A stretch of 63,689 nucleotides of DNA, the filler included, from Circinaria calcarea (Eukaryota), in the NCBI GenBank assembly GCA_051942165.1. It is 18 parts of 18 records of this genome, joined end to end, with 100 filler letters (N's around TTAATTAATTAA, not from the genome) between each part and the next. Parts side by side here need not be neighbours in the genome. Positions count along the whole stretch, not along the records: positions 39,036 to 42,475 come from JAVECS010002825.1; positions 42,576 to 46,014 come from JAVECS010002826.1; positions 46,115 to 49,552 come from JAVECS010002827.1; positions 49,653 to 53,088 come from JAVECS010002828.1; 14 more parts are not named here. One strand, 5' to 3'. The translations under genes and the position numbers were made by a program. Positions 39,951-52,597 of this stretch are shown piece by piece. Positions within the stretch are counted from its first letter, which is position 1, and each line of letters begins with the position of its first letter. The notes below the pieces were generated by a model. It made no database searches. It was not told the DNA's origin and worked only from the letters and a program-made list of their open reading frames with translations.

Positions 39951-41566
39951 TTATGATGCCCCCCAACCTACAACCCTGTTCCTCTTCCTACGCCTCAAAC
40001 ACCACATCCAAACGCCCGTAGTAACCAAAGTTAGTGAAATAACCGACAGAAGATAGATCCACCACATGTTTGAAACCGCGAAGGTGGAAGGCCCCGTAGA
40101 GCTTTGACTGGTGGCAATTGCGAACGCAGAGCCAAGGAACGTTGTAGGAAGGAGGAGTATCGTTATTGTGGCTATAGTCCTCATCGCGGCGGCGTCTCCG
40201 CGGATTTCCTGGCTGTCTCGATCAGCCCTGATGTTATATAGCTGTAGGATACACTTATATCAGCCATGGGCTCCAAATGAGCAGCAGACGAAAAGTGGAC
40301 ATCGTGCGTACTAATTGGATATGATTAGCGATTTGTTCCCTTCTATTCTTCAGACGCCGGAGATTGGTGGTGCAAGACTCGTGTAGGGATAGAAATCCAT
40401 CATTCATACGCTCGTGGAGGTTCAGGTCAAGCAGCATGTGTTCTTGGTGACCTTCCGTTTGCATCTTTAGCCGGTTCAGATCGAAAACCAAATGGCTCAC
40501 GTTGGAAAGATTCCGACTAGCTCGATTCTCGCCAAGGATGATCAATCTTGTTATTTTGTGCAGATTTTGGATGTCCTTTCTGAGAACATCCAGGCTTATG
40601 AGCTCTGGAAAAGGGTCGTCCAAAAGGCGTCTTTCAATTTTGAGCATATCGGCCAAACCCTGAGCCATAGGATCAACTCTGGCCTTAATTTGTTGTTGGA
40701 GCAGAGCTAGATGTAATGAGAATGGGTGTAGCCGCGGCTGACCGGCATATGTCACGGCCGTTAGATCCGGTACTTTCACATCGCATAAAAGATAGACTGA
40801 ACGCCCAGTTCGAAGGTTATAGACAAAGTGGATTGGCTGGTGAAAAGGTTGCATGTCGGTATTAAAATCAAAGTTCAGGACTTGTAGCTCTAGCTATTGA
40901 AACTCTAAAAGGCTAAGGGATATCTCTTTGATAGGTTTATTAGTATCACAACTCCCTGATCGTCCAACAGCCAACCTCACCCAGTAAGTCCTTGTTGACA
41001 CCCATTCCCATACTGCTGTAGTAGCATAACGCCAACCTGCTACTGACCTGGAAGGGTTTCAACGTGTGCCCACCCAGAGACAAGAGGTCACTTACATAGC
41101 GTAAACCTCTTGTTTTGGCAAGCGGAGATCCAGGATCAATTTGGCTAGGACGGCCTCGGTCAGGTACATGAAGAAAATACTAAGAGTGGACGGGGGCGTA
41201 CCAGATGAGCATATGCGGTCTATGGTCCTCTCCACCATGTTGGAGGTGGAATTTGATCCTAGACTCTACTTGTGAAGTGCCATAACCTAGACAGTCATCA
41301 ATGCGAAGTCCCACTGTCAAAGACAACGTGGAAGATATTAGAAACCAGACAACTAAGAAAGCCATACTCTCTTCCTTCAGAATCTCGAATTGAGTCTGTT
41401 GACCAGGAAGCCGCCTCTGGTGGTCATCGGCTCCGTATACCATAGACAACACATCATCGGTAAGACCATATTCCCTAACAAAGTAACGTTCTTGCTGTTG
41501 CGCTGGATCATCTGCAACAGGTCCACCTGCAGCAGTATTCATCCGCTGCAACTCGACAGCGGCCAT
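39951..41566 (-). CDS. CorA-like Mg2+ transporter-domain protein, multi-exon
   Basis: C-terminal DAAAMRTIATITILLLPTTFLGSAF..WWIYLLSVISLTLVT (two TMs) preceded by helical exons. Confidence 0.65.
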
Positions 41567-41898
41567 TTTGGAGATTAGATTGAATAGAGGTTCTTAAGGA
41601 GCGATAGATATCCGACCCGTAGTGTAGCTTAAAGAGACAACCTATGGACCGTGGATAGCAAAACGTTCATGCAATTGACAGCGCAAGATCTTGCCATGTG
41701 GTCGTGTATACAGGGGCAGAAAAAGAAGCCATGATGAGCAATGCACGGTTGGTCATGTAAAGTGGTAACTGAAACCATATATGGAGTATCCAGCTGAAAT
41801 ATCGGCCTGAAGTTCTACTACCGATGTAGTTAACCCCATCCATTCGAAGTTCGCTCAGCCTCGTTGAGGCTGCCATCAAGGCAGACAACCTCAAGTTA

Positions 41899-42333
41899 CA
41901 GCTGATCTTGAAATGGTAGGCGCTTTTGAGGTTCCTTTAGTTTCTTTAGCGATCTCCGCAAGATTAGGCGAATGCGCTAGCTAGGATAGTTATATAGAGT
42001 ACAGACAGCTCGGGCTAGAATACACAGGGGCCGTATTATGATCGATACTGACCCTGATCCCACATAAAAACGGTTCCGTGCAGTAAATACCACTTTGGTG
42101 TATTCTAGCCCCACCACAATAATCTGCTAGTAAACACTTATCTTAAATGATAAATATTTTACTTTCTAGGCGAGGATCCGATTGGATTCTCGGGAGTATA
42201 TTATTGACAGGCTGGATTAATGAAATACCGTCTTACAGCTACTCGCTGTAGTGCTTCACCTAACCTTTGCGGAGATGGCAAAAAAAAAGCAAAGAGGAAC
42301 CTGAAAAAGCGCCTACCATTTCAAGACCAGCTG
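41899..42333. mobile_element. Non-autonomous Tc1/mariner-type MITE (435 bp)
   Basis: Imperfect TIRs of about 75 bp: CAGCTG[A/G]TCTTGAAATGGTAGGCGCTTTT..ATCTCCGCAA..TTAGG. TA dinucleotides on both flanks (41897-98 and 42334-35). No ORF. Confidence 0.85.
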
Positions 42334-44249
42334 TACCAGTACAGTACTGGTAGGGCTCTCACGTTCGTGATGCGCCAAGAAGCCATCCTGCACTAGTACC
42401 TGTGTAGCCTAGCCCACTCCCCAACCTCGACTGTCAGTCTGTTGTATTGGACTCCACGGTAGACACTTACTCTAGNNNNNNNNNNNNNNNNNNNNNNNNN
42501 NNNNNNNNNNNNNNNNNNNTTAATTAATTAANNNNNNNNNNNNNNNNNNNNNNNNNNNNNNNNNNNNNNNNNNNNGAATCGTATGGTTGGCCAATACAGA
42601 ATGGCTCGTCGTCACCATCATACTCAGATCATTGACGGAGATGTTGTTCATCATGATGATATTGAAGAATCGAGCCCAGGAGTTTCCGATATCATTGCAC
42701 GCCCATCCACTGATCCCAGATTCTCGCACGAGCTCCTTCAGAGGTCTACGATTCATATAACAACCAGAAGAGGAATGACCGCGATTAAATCAGAGAAGCG
42801 AACTTCCGACTGCGGAAAGGGCAATGGAGCGTATGGAACGTGCAGGATATTATAGGGGAAATTGCAGGCTCTAAATTGACGGATTTAGAATTTCGTTCTG
42901 TGATACCCTCGTCAGGCCCATCGCTCAGCCAGGAAGTTACACTTGGGGCTTCCAAGATCCCCTGGCGAACCGGGAACTTCTGGAACACCGACTTTATTCT
43001 TAACTTCTTTCTAGGGCCGAACGGTCATTGGCAAATCTGGCATCATATTGACGCAAATCCGCCTAGCACTATACGCCCAATTACCGAAGCCGAGGACGCC
43101 GCCAATGTGTTTTTCTCAGATAACGAATATTTCCTGTTGGCTAATCTGTGAGGGTAGAGGGACGTAGCAGTCAGATAGCATCAATGCTCATGATTGGGCC
43201 TTTCTTGAAGCTACAGATTTGAGACATGAGATTTGAGAATGATCAAATATGTGCACATTTAAATAGTGTAAACAGTAAATCCAAGATATGACCGTGATAT
43301 ATGGCTAAAGTGCCTGTAAGCACGTTGCGTTTTCCGAAGCCAAGAACACAGTTGTCGTACCCTTGTAGTAAAGGCAAGAGTCTTAATGTTTGGAAAAGAG
43401 ATGAACCACCTGAAAATGCTATGCCTGAGTCTCAGAGCCTTGCGCGGGAACTAATATCAGGGCTTCTGCTCCCAATGAAAGGCAGAAATCCCAAATAGAA
43501 TATTCACCATGGAGCAAGAGAGATTGGCTGGGGCCAGAGCCTACTTAGATGAGCCATCAGGATACTAAGATATAAGTGGCACCAGCCGTAGAGTGATTTG
43601 CAGGTAAGCATTATGTTAGATGTTGCGAATAGGATAATTTACTTTCGCGGTAGTATTCTTGAATTTACACTTGTTGGATCCTCAAGTGAAGAAGTATTCG
43701 GACCAGGACCCCGTAAGTCAATGCCGGCTTCGCAGCCGAGGGGAAGCCGCCCAGCGTAGTAGAACGGAGAGAATGAGCTCGTTAAAGCGGACTTTGCTGC
43801 CCTCGGAACCGTTACAAGCACAAGATGGACTGCGACTTCACTCGATACAGATCCATGCTCCTTCTACGCGGATTATTTCAGATCAGGGCTAGCAAAGCGC
43901 AAACCGGGTCCGGGAAAAGGGACGCCGAAGGTCCGAGATCCCTTTCCCATGGTAATCTCAGATTCCCACGCGAAGATGCATGAGGGATACAACCATCAAC
44001 CATGCACCATGCTTTGATCTGGGGCTCGGATGCGACACCGTCCCGTCCTCCGCATCTAACGCCTTGGGAAACCGTAAGTCTGGCTGATCGTCCAGAAAGT
44101 AAGGCGGGATAGTACATATATCATGCCTCATGCGGTCATTACCCCAAAGATTCTGGAGAATCCACTACGTCACCGTCTACGACATAGCTACTGTCTTTGA
44201 CTTGTCGAAACCAATCGCACTCCTTCCATTGACTCACATATAACCCCTC

Positions 44250-45097
44250 ATGCTCTCCCCACTTCGCAGACAATCTACGATTCTTTTACGCAATTCACGC
44301 TTTCTCAACTCCCCAAGAATTTCCAATTCCTTTAGCATCACTACAACTCCCAAAATGTCTACCTCCACCCCCGCCGAAGGAACCTCCAAAACCAATTTCC
44401 CTACCGACCCCTCCGCTCCCGGCGAGCAGTTCGAAATCCGTCAGACCGCCCCCTCGGAGGATTACACCCCGGACCCCAGCAAGTCCCTCCCTCTCTCCCC
44501 TCCCCGCCAACGCCTTGTCGACGACATCATCGCCCTCTACGGCTGCCATCCCACCGTCGAACGCGTGAAGCGCTATACCCCGGACTGCATCTACGACGAC
44601 CAGTTTGTGTACGCCAACGATCGGTATAAGATGGCTGGCCAGTGGTTTGCGCTGCCGAAGCTGTTCACTGAGAGTAGGAATGAAGGTTATCAGGTCGTCG
44701 TAAACGACCGAGACCTCATCCAATTCAAGAATGCTCAGGTATCTTATCCTCCGTCGCTTGCCGATCGGTCCTTTCTCACATAATACAGACATGGGTCTTC
44801 CCCCTCGTTCACAAAGGTGTCACCATCAACGCCATCGTCTCCCTCTCCCTCGACCCCGAAACCATCGACTCCGATTTCATCCGCGTCAAATACCACAAAG
44901 ACCAAGCCAACGACAAGGACTACTCGCACCAGGGCATTGGCTTCTCCTTCAAGAAGTGGCAGGCGGACAATGTCGTAAAGTTCATGAGTAGTCCCGAGGT
45001 CAAGGAGTTTGAGGCGGATAAAGGCGCCGGAAAGGAAGCGCCAAGGAAATATGGCAGCGGAGGGAAGGATGGGGATGCGCCGGTGAAGGATTTGTAG
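44250..45097 (+). CDS. Conserved fungal protein, possibly SnoaL/NTF2-like fold
   Basis: DDIIALYGCHPTVERVKRYTPDCIYDDQFVYANDRYKMAGQWFALPKLF, one intron, ends PVKDL*. Confidence 0.65.
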
Positions 45098-45701
45098 AGC
45101 TGGATATCAACAGCTGATTGATGATCTTTCCAATCTCATAGCTGATGATCAACGACTGCAGCTTATTCTACCCCCGTGGGCAATATCTGACCAACTTTAC
45201 CTTCTTTCCACATTGTATTAGCTGTAATTACTAGTAAAAAAGGGCAAGAATCATGAGACCAATGCTTTTGCTATAATCTTCATAAGCATCAAAAATCAAT
45301 ATTAGAACTCACCACTGAGTCCTATTTCCCTACTTTCCCCTTTTCCTAGGCACATAACTCGTAAATCCCGTGTCATTTCCCTACTCGAACCCAGCCTCCT
45401 TGGACTTACCGGCATAGATTCCATAACAAAGTCCCCCTCCACCATGAACCACCAAGCTCTCCCCTTTATTCCCCTTTACTCTTCGGCAAACCTTGACTGA
45501 TCACTCCCTTGGTTTCCCCCACAAGATTTTCAGTCTCCTTTCGGTTCATCCTTTCGCCTCGGCGCGGATGAAGGGCGCAGTTGAAAGCGGAATATCCGTA
45601 CGTAGCAACTTGCCCCTTTTCTCGTAGCCCCTGGATTCAAGCCTGGAGACTGATGGGGAGGAGAGAATGGCTCGGGTTGAATTCTGCGGTAGATGGGTAA
45701 G

Positions 45702-45840
45702 GGATAGAGGATAATGGATAGAGGATAATGGATAGGGGTTGATGGATAGGGGCTGATGGATAGGGGCTGATGGATAGGGGCTGATGGATAGGGGCTGATG
45801 GATAGGGGCTGATGGATAGGGGCTGATGGATAGGGGATGA
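45702..45840. repeat. 14-bp minisatellite (GATGGATAGGGGCT)n, about 10 units
   Basis: Six perfect units from 45741, with diverged units on both sides. Confidence 0.92.
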
Positions 45841-46586
45841 GGATGAGAATGGTATAAGAATAGAGCAGGGTACGAGTATTGCCTGCGGCGAAAACAGAGA
45901 AAAGTTCAGAACAGCAAAAAACCAGTCCTATCAACGCACAACACCATCAATAAATCCTCTGCCAAGAGCTTTTGTAAATTTCCATTTTCCCCCTTCGCCC
46001 CCCAAAAACATAGGNNNNNNNNNNNNNNNNNNNNNNNNNNNNNNNNNNNNNNNNNNNNTTAATTAATTAANNNNNNNNNNNNNNNNNNNNNNNNNNNNNN
46101 NNNNNNNNNNNNNNTGTCGGAGACTTGCTAGGCGATTCTCTTTTTCGCCTGGGGGAACGGCTGTTGTGCGACCTGGCTGAAATGCTCCCCACTCTCACGA
46201 GACGACATGTACGCCGTCGGCGCCTGGCAGATGCTGCGAGATACCCATTTAGATAATTCCGGTTATTCTGGCCGGCAGCAGGTACTCCTGCTCCAGATGA
46301 GTTCACGGAAACCGTGACCGTCGAATCCCAAGGCACCGTGGCGACTGCCGAATAGGGCCTTGCTCTATCAAACTTAATTTATTCCGTGAGGTCTGATAGC
46401 CGTGAGATTGGCACCGGGTGTTGTACGCCTGACCGACGGGGGCCATATACAATGCCCAAGCCAACCGCTACGGTCGCATGCAGTGTGGAGGCAGAGGAGG
46501 AATCTGGATCTGCCATCCACACCCATCGTCCTTGGCATCTCCCATAGCGTGTGGCTTGCCGATCCCTGACCACACGTCAGTTTAGG

Positions 46587-48895
46587 GAGGTTACGACTTT
46601 AATGGTGAACTTCCCGCGGCTTGGCGACTACAATGGTGAACACGACTTCGATAATGAGGTGTGAAACATTACCAACTTACAATACAACTTGTATTGAAAT
46701 ATGATAGAGTTCCACAATTCTAAAACAATTCTCAGCGAAAAAGTCGTGATATTTATAAATTTAAATCATCGCATTGCATTGCATTATGTTCTAATCTAAT
46801 TTATAGTAAATACATCGCGATTTTTATCAGGGCAGGTCGTCGCATTATGCCCAACTTCATAATATATAATATATTTCTGCCGTATCGTAAAACCCAATAG
46901 ATTCCATTTATCTCCTGCTTCTTTCCGCTTCTTTGCCTGCTTGCCAGGCTTATTTCTATACACCGGCAGCCTTACTATGGTTGATTCTAAAAGATCATCG
47001 ATGTTGCATGGCCTCATTGATATTCCATAACATATTCGGTAATAAATCATGCCGTAACGGTCCCCCATATAATCCTTAGGAGCGAGGCCTGCCTTCATGA
47101 TAATGGCGCATGCGTGACCACAAGGAAGCTAATAGTCTTACCAGCGTAAACAAGAGCAAAATGCATCGTGTACCCTGACTATATACATCCGCCGGGTAAA
47201 AGAGTCACGATTTTCTGCTCGTTGAAGGCAAAAAACGCGTGCTTTAATAACCGATAACCGCGTGTTTTCTGTATTAGGTAAATAATATGTAATTTGCACA
47301 TCACATCCACGCGTATATTCCAAATTGCCTTTAATCATTTGCTCGCCCCATACCGTGTAGCTAGTCAATATAAGAGCACGTTCCACCGACGCCCGCAGCC
47401 GTTCAGCGCGTCGTTCCGCCTCCATATGCCATATGCTATCCAGAAGGTGTAAGGTGGAGTCCTCCCGTACACTAAGCAGCCAGCTGTTATTCGACTCCGC
47501 AATACTAGAAGAAACGTGGCCAAAACGTGATCCTGGAAAATCGCGTGTAACGAAGCGTTCGAATGGAATAGTATTGATATATTCAATGGCTGCCTGGTCA
47601 CCCAATTCTTTTATTTTTAGTATAATTCTGTTGACAGAGGCGTCGTCAATGCAGCGTGCCAGGCCTTCGAAAATAGATGTTAATTCGGGGTTTTTGAATT
47701 TCCGTTTAATATTCAATTTGGCGTGGTATGCGCATATGCCACGAATAGTGTAAGGGAGTGCTTTATCAGCAGCCGAAAGGCCTTTGTCGCGGTCGGAAAG
47801 AATTGACTATTTAGTAAGCTATTCATTATTATTCAGCCATGCGGGTTCAGCCGCATGAATGCAGTTCATGAATTAAAGCCATGATGAAGAATTCTCGCTC
47901 TCCACGACTGCCTATGTAATTTGTTAGTAAAGTTCTAGGATATAAGGCGAAATGTCGTACGCAAGCATATAGAAATATCTGCTTATTACCGTCTCTTCCG
48001 GTGGCAGTAAGCAATATTTAATGGTAGCAATTCCGTACATACGTGCCGTCGAATGCCACGAATGGAAGCGCTCCGCCATAAGCTTTCGTCATGGGCATCA
48101 TAAATACGCGTTTGAATCTGTCGTCGTCGTCATATACTAGATCTGTATATGGCCCACCCGGAGGATTATTTTCATCGCTATCAGCCTGATATTCCTGATT
48201 GTATTTTAAACGCGCAAAATAGTCGGGGATTTTGTTGTAATCATGCGCTATTTCCTCCTGAACCAGGCCTATTATCTCCGCTCGTGCACGTTAAATTTGA
48301 CGATCCGGAACCGCTGTATTGCAATGAATTCTCAGTATATCTTTGATAGCTTTCGTAGTCGATTCCTTTCGTACGGTCATCAGTGTTGGTAGTATTTGCA
48401 CTAGCCATGCAATGGAATGTTTAGGAGCCCGTTTAGGCTTTACTGAACCAAGATAGTTATGATCATTGACGACTTTGGAAACTATGGCGATTTTAGTAGA
48501 ATTATGCCAATTGCAGTTGATTCGGAATAGGCATTCAGAATTATTGCGACAGCTAAGCCGTACGAATATATTATTTGACTGTAAAACATTTATAACAAAG
48601 TGTTCTTGAATAACGTGTGTAGTGACAGCAGCTTTGAAAGCCTTGAGCGAGGGAAACGTGTCATTCAATTGAGGTAAAGACATGGTGTATAATTGGTGCG
48701 GATAGTATGTGGACAAGAAATCGGAGAAGATAATAGAAAAGTGGGAGAAAATTTTTCTCGCCTATCGCATTATAATATAAACTTGTATGGTACGCTGATA
48801 GAAATATTGGTAATATTTCACACCTCATTATCGAAGTCGTGTTCACCATTGTAGTCGCCAAGCCGCGGGAAGTTCACCATTAAAGTCGTAACCTC
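46587..48895 (-). mobile_element. Full-length Mutator/MULE DNA transposon, RIP-inactivated
   Basis: 89-bp TIRs at 46587-46675 and 48807-48895 with 1 mismatch. Flanks CAGTTTAGG and CAGTTTTTAGG form a near-perfect 9-bp TSD. Internal MULE transposase remnants. Confidence 0.95.
46796..48683 (-). pseudogene. MuDR-family transposase pseudogene
   Basis: N-terminal FPSLKAFKAAV..LSC..C.FRINC, DDE region FVAFDGTY / ILSDRDKGL / ICAYH / SSIAESNN, SWIM FCSCLRW*DY*LPCGHAC, and a degenerate C-terminal Zn knuckle KYIIYYEVGHNATTC. Multiple in-frame TAA/TAG stops. Intron 47912-47960. Confidence 0.9.
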
Positions 48896-49381
48896 CAGTT
48901 TTTAGGATTTGACGCTAAGGAGTTGGCCGCTAGTGCTATCTCACCTATGTGAGTTCCACCCCCGTTTTGCTCTGCCCGTTTCTGCGCAATTTTCTTGCCT
49001 CTCTGATCTCTTGTCCTCTCGAGGTTCCAAACCGGTCGAGAATGCGATAATTCCTTTCGACTTGCCTTTCGCTCTCCTCTTGTTTCATCTCGGCCCGTAA
49101 AACCGCGTCGTCCTTTTAGCGGAAGCAATTCGTCATTTTCCGTATTGGCGTTGGGGGAAACCGAGGCGGTTTGATAGGCTTCTTCGCGTATCGTCACCGA
49201 CCGACGGCAGATCTGGCATCAACCTCGAGGCGGTTACAGAGGCCTATCGAATTCTACCACCTTCGCACGTCTGCTATCGCATTCATTTCTTGGTCGTGGT
49301 TCGGCGTCGTGCTAGCGCGGGATAGCTAGCCTTTCAACTATTCAAGAGGCTGTCTGGGAGTCATAAGCAAGAGAGATTGCG

Positions 49382-49552
49382 ATGGCGAGCCAACTGCGGC
49401 AGCCATCGCCACCTGGTGGACTGCATCCCCATCATGCTCCACCAGGTGCGCATGCTCAGATGAATGGCCACATGCCAATGCAGGCTCATCCGAAAATCAC
49501 CCCTCAGCATATGGCTCAACTTAACGAAGCTGTCTGGCTGCAAATTGGTACG
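49382..49552 (+). CDS. SSN6: General transcriptional corepressor Ssn6/Cyc8, first exon only
   Basis: MNGHMPMQAHPKITPQHMAQLNEAVWLQIG resembles the N-terminus before TPR1 of filamentous-fungal Ssn6. It ends at a GTACG donor and the contig end. Confidence 0.7.
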
Positions 49553-50290
49553 NNNNNNNNNNNNNNNNNNNNNNNNNNNNNNNNNNNNNNNNNNNNTTAA
49601 TTAATTAANNNNNNNNNNNNNNNNNNNNNNNNNNNNNNNNNNNNNNNNNNNNATGGGATGGGGATGGGGGATAGGTAGGGTATTACTACTGTACTGTACT
49701 GTACTGGCACCCGGGGGCTACAGTGTAAGTGTAAGGGCTCTGTTCTGTACTTGCACCCGGGGGGGGGGGGTTGCACTATTGAAGAGAGAGGTCAGGCAGG
49801 TGGGGTGAGGTTCTCTGGTTTCCGGTGAGGAGTTGTTGGAATTGATGATTTACTTGAATCTATTGTATTGGGCAGAAAGAAGGAAAGAAGGAAAGAAGGA
49901 AAGAAGGAAAGAAAGAGAGAGAGAACGTGGGCAAAGGGTTTTTTTAAAATGAATGGCTAGTTATTGCGGATTTATATCTCAAACCCGTGGTTTTAAATGT
50001 GCATTTCTCGCTTTCTCATACAGGGCATTACATGTTTATCAAGTTCAATGAAAGTGGTTTTGGAAAAATTTGACATCATGACAGGAGTCAGGTCCACCGG
50101 ATAAGACCCAAGAGCTCTCTCTCTCTCTTTATAAAACAAGGTATTCCCCCCATTGTACATCTAATCATGAAATGCATGCCCCTTGTGAATAGCCGTAGCT
50201 ATCCCGTTTCCCTCATATGCACGTTAAATGTCCAAAACAACCAACTATATACAAGAAGAAATCGACAAATGTATTTCCCATGCCTTGAAC

Positions 50291-52597
50291 CTAACGCCGC
50301 GATGGACAAGTTGGAGTCCGCTCGTTGCTTCTGTTGCCTTGCGGCGTACGCGGTGACACCGATTTCTCAACGCCTTCGATCCCAGGACTGATTAAGACCT
50401 TCCATTTGGCTGACCCTCTGATGTCTTCATTCGAACCTCTGATGTCTGCATTGAGGTTCCGCCCTTGCCGCAGACCATGCGTCAAGGCAGCGGCTTCTTG
50501 CGGACCAAGACGCTTTGCAAGTAATGAGTCTGTACGTAGAGGGCGCTCGGGCCGGCAAGGTCGTTCCTTATCGTTGCCGTTACTAGAACCATTGATCTGG
50601 AGTGCCTGGGGATATTGTGGTCTCCTGGGTGGTTTGCGGGTGGGACTCGTGTGCGATGTTCGACGTTCTGCGATTGACGCTGCGTTCCCAGGTATGGCAG
50701 GGTATCTGACGGTGCTCAAGGGGGTGCGAACCTCTACGACAGGCGAGAGGAACGAATTCTGTTCAGGTAATTCGACTATCTCGTCAACATCGTCGAAATT
50801 GGTGTCGTCCGAGGACATTGTTAATTGGGTCGTAGGCCTTCTCCCACTGCTCTTCCTTGAGGACGATGCGGACTTGGTGGTTTTCAATTGCGTGCTGATA
50901 TGAGGATGATATGATTGATACAGCGGACGAACCATAAATTCGTCCGGATTGATCGCAGGAGCGCTTGGAAGTTTTTGCGGCGGATTCTGATTCGACACAG
51001 ACAGGGGAAGGACTCCTTCCCAACGGCACTCGGGAGGAGGCCAGATCGGTGGAGGGTGGCGAGGAAACGTAGGGTTTGTTGATATAGTAGCTGAGTTACC
51101 TTGGTTGTAGAAAGTGCTAGGTGTAACGATTCGGGGCAACTGTGCACGCGCAGCCCGTTTACGCTCCAGCGCATACATCATAGCCCGCGGATCTCGGGAC
51201 GATTCAACGAATGGATCTCGTAATGCAGGATGCCTCGGTTCGGAAGACTGTCGTAAAGCAGCTTGATCACCGTTTACGGGCTTCCGAACTTGATAGGTAG
51301 GCTTTGGCGGAGGGGGTGGTGGTATGAGACTTGTAGGAGCGCCCTCAGCTGATCGTGCTATCGCGCTGAGTGGTCTCCTCGACGGTTTGGGAGAAGGAGT
51401 CGAAGGAAATAGCGATAGAGAAGGTTTGTCTGGAAGTAGTCGAGATGTCGTCTTATAACTAGCAAAGCTTGCCGGCGAAGGTTCTTGCGTAGTATCATAC
51501 GCAAAACTGGGTGCTATTGCCACATCGATATCTTCCGGCTGCAAGATTTTTCTTCGTAGGCTGCATCTGTTTTCATTGTATTTGGATCGCACTCGTAACA
51601 AATGTTGAGCTTTCTCAGGAGCGCCCCTTAATTCTCGCTCCGCCTGAATCGAGCCGCCTGCAATTGGCCTAGGGTGAATAGGCGTATCTTGACCATGCTC
51701 AAACATTTGGTCACAGCCAAAGGAAGAAATACTATCTCGCTTCCTTTCGCGTCTTCTCCTCATGCAGAATAGAAGACCGAGTATTGCAAAACCGATCGCT
51801 GCAGTTGCTACGCTCGCAACAATGACACCTGCAAGCTGTGGCTTGCTGAGGACGGGGTGGGATGCCGGAGATTCAGATGAGCTAGCTGATGGGATTGTGG
51901 AGGTCGGAGTTGTCGAAGAGGTCTTTGTGGACATAGTTTTGAAGATGGTCTGACCGATAGAGCTAGAAGGAGCTATTGTTGGAAAAGGAGTTGGAACGGA
52001 CGGTGATCCGGATGCAGTAGTGATACCGGTAGGCAACGAGTAAGACGCTGAACTACCCAAGCTAGTATAGACAGACGAGGTGTGAGCTGTTGACGGGGAA
52101 TAAGAAGAAGACAACAGTATTACTGATGCGGGTGTAAAAACAGATGTACTGCAGCTCTGAGAACTGGTGGCTTCTGACGTTGTCGTTGAATCCACTCTGA
52201 GGCTAAGGACCATTGGTGTAGGGGTGCTTAAAGTCGCAGTGAGGGTGTAGTGTGTCATGGATTTGGCATTGCCCACTCCAAGGCAAACTCCGTACGCGTT
52301 CCCCCAGGCACCCTCGCGCTCACCCCTACAAGAGGCAGCAACACACTGAAGAGCTCCCTCTCCCAATGTAAAGCCCGTCTTGCTATCACTCGTGCAGAGG
52401 CAATCAAGATCTTGCGGGTTCGGGCAAACCGGTGTGGGAAACGAGTGCTCAATAAAGGCTTCGAGACAGGATTGAGCGCAGCTCGGGATGAAACTCGAAA
52501 GGTTTGAGGAAGAGGATATGGTGGATTCTGGACCGGCCAGTGTAAGAGATAGAAGACCGAAGGAGAGCAAGACGCATAGGAGAGGGTCCACGGGCAT
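50291..52597 (-). CDS. CFEM-like Cys-rich, Ser/Thr-rich single-pass membrane protein
   Basis: Signal peptide, PSCAQSCL..C..DLDCLC..GEGALQCVAASC..C, an S/T stalk, TM LAGVIVASVATAAIGFAILGLLFC followed by RRRR, and a long Pro-rich tail. Confidence 0.8.
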   Translation of the reverse strand: MPVDPLLCVLLSFGLLSLTLAGPESTISSSSNLSSFIPSCAQSCLEAFIEHSFPTPVCPNPQDLDCLCTSDSKTGFTLGEGALQCVAASCRGEREGAWGNAYGVCLGVGNAKSMTHYTLTATLSTPTPMVLSLRVDSTTTSEATSSQSCSTSVFTPASVILLSSSYSPSTAHTSSVYTSLGSSASYSLPTGITTASGSPSVPTPFPTIAPSSSIGQTIFKTMSTKTSSTTPTSTIPSASSSESPASHPVLSKPQLAGVIVASVATAAIGFAILGLLFCMRRRRERKRDSISSFGCDQMFEHGQDTPIHPRPIAGGSIQAERELRGAPEKAQHLLRVRSKYNENRCSLRRKILQPEDIDVAIAPSFAYDTTQEPSPASFASYKTTSRLLPDKPSLSLFPSTPSPKPSRRPLSAIARSAEGAPTSLIPPPPPPKPTYQVRKPVNGDQAALRQSSEPRHPALRDPFVESSRDPRAMMYALERKRAARAQLPRIVTPSTFYNQGNSATISTNPTFPRHPPPIWPPPECRWEGVLPLSVSNQNPPQKLPSAPAINPDEFMVRPLYQSYHPHISTQLKTTKSASSSRKSSGRRPTTQLTMSSDDTNFDDVDEIVELPEQNSFLSPVVEVRTPLSTVRYPAIPGNAASIAERRTSHTSPTRKPPRRPQYPQALQINGSSNGNDKERPCRPERPLRTDSLLAKRLGPQEAAALTHGLRQGRNLNADIRGSNEDIRGSAKWKVLISPGIEGVEKSVSPRTPQGNRSNERTPTCPSRR

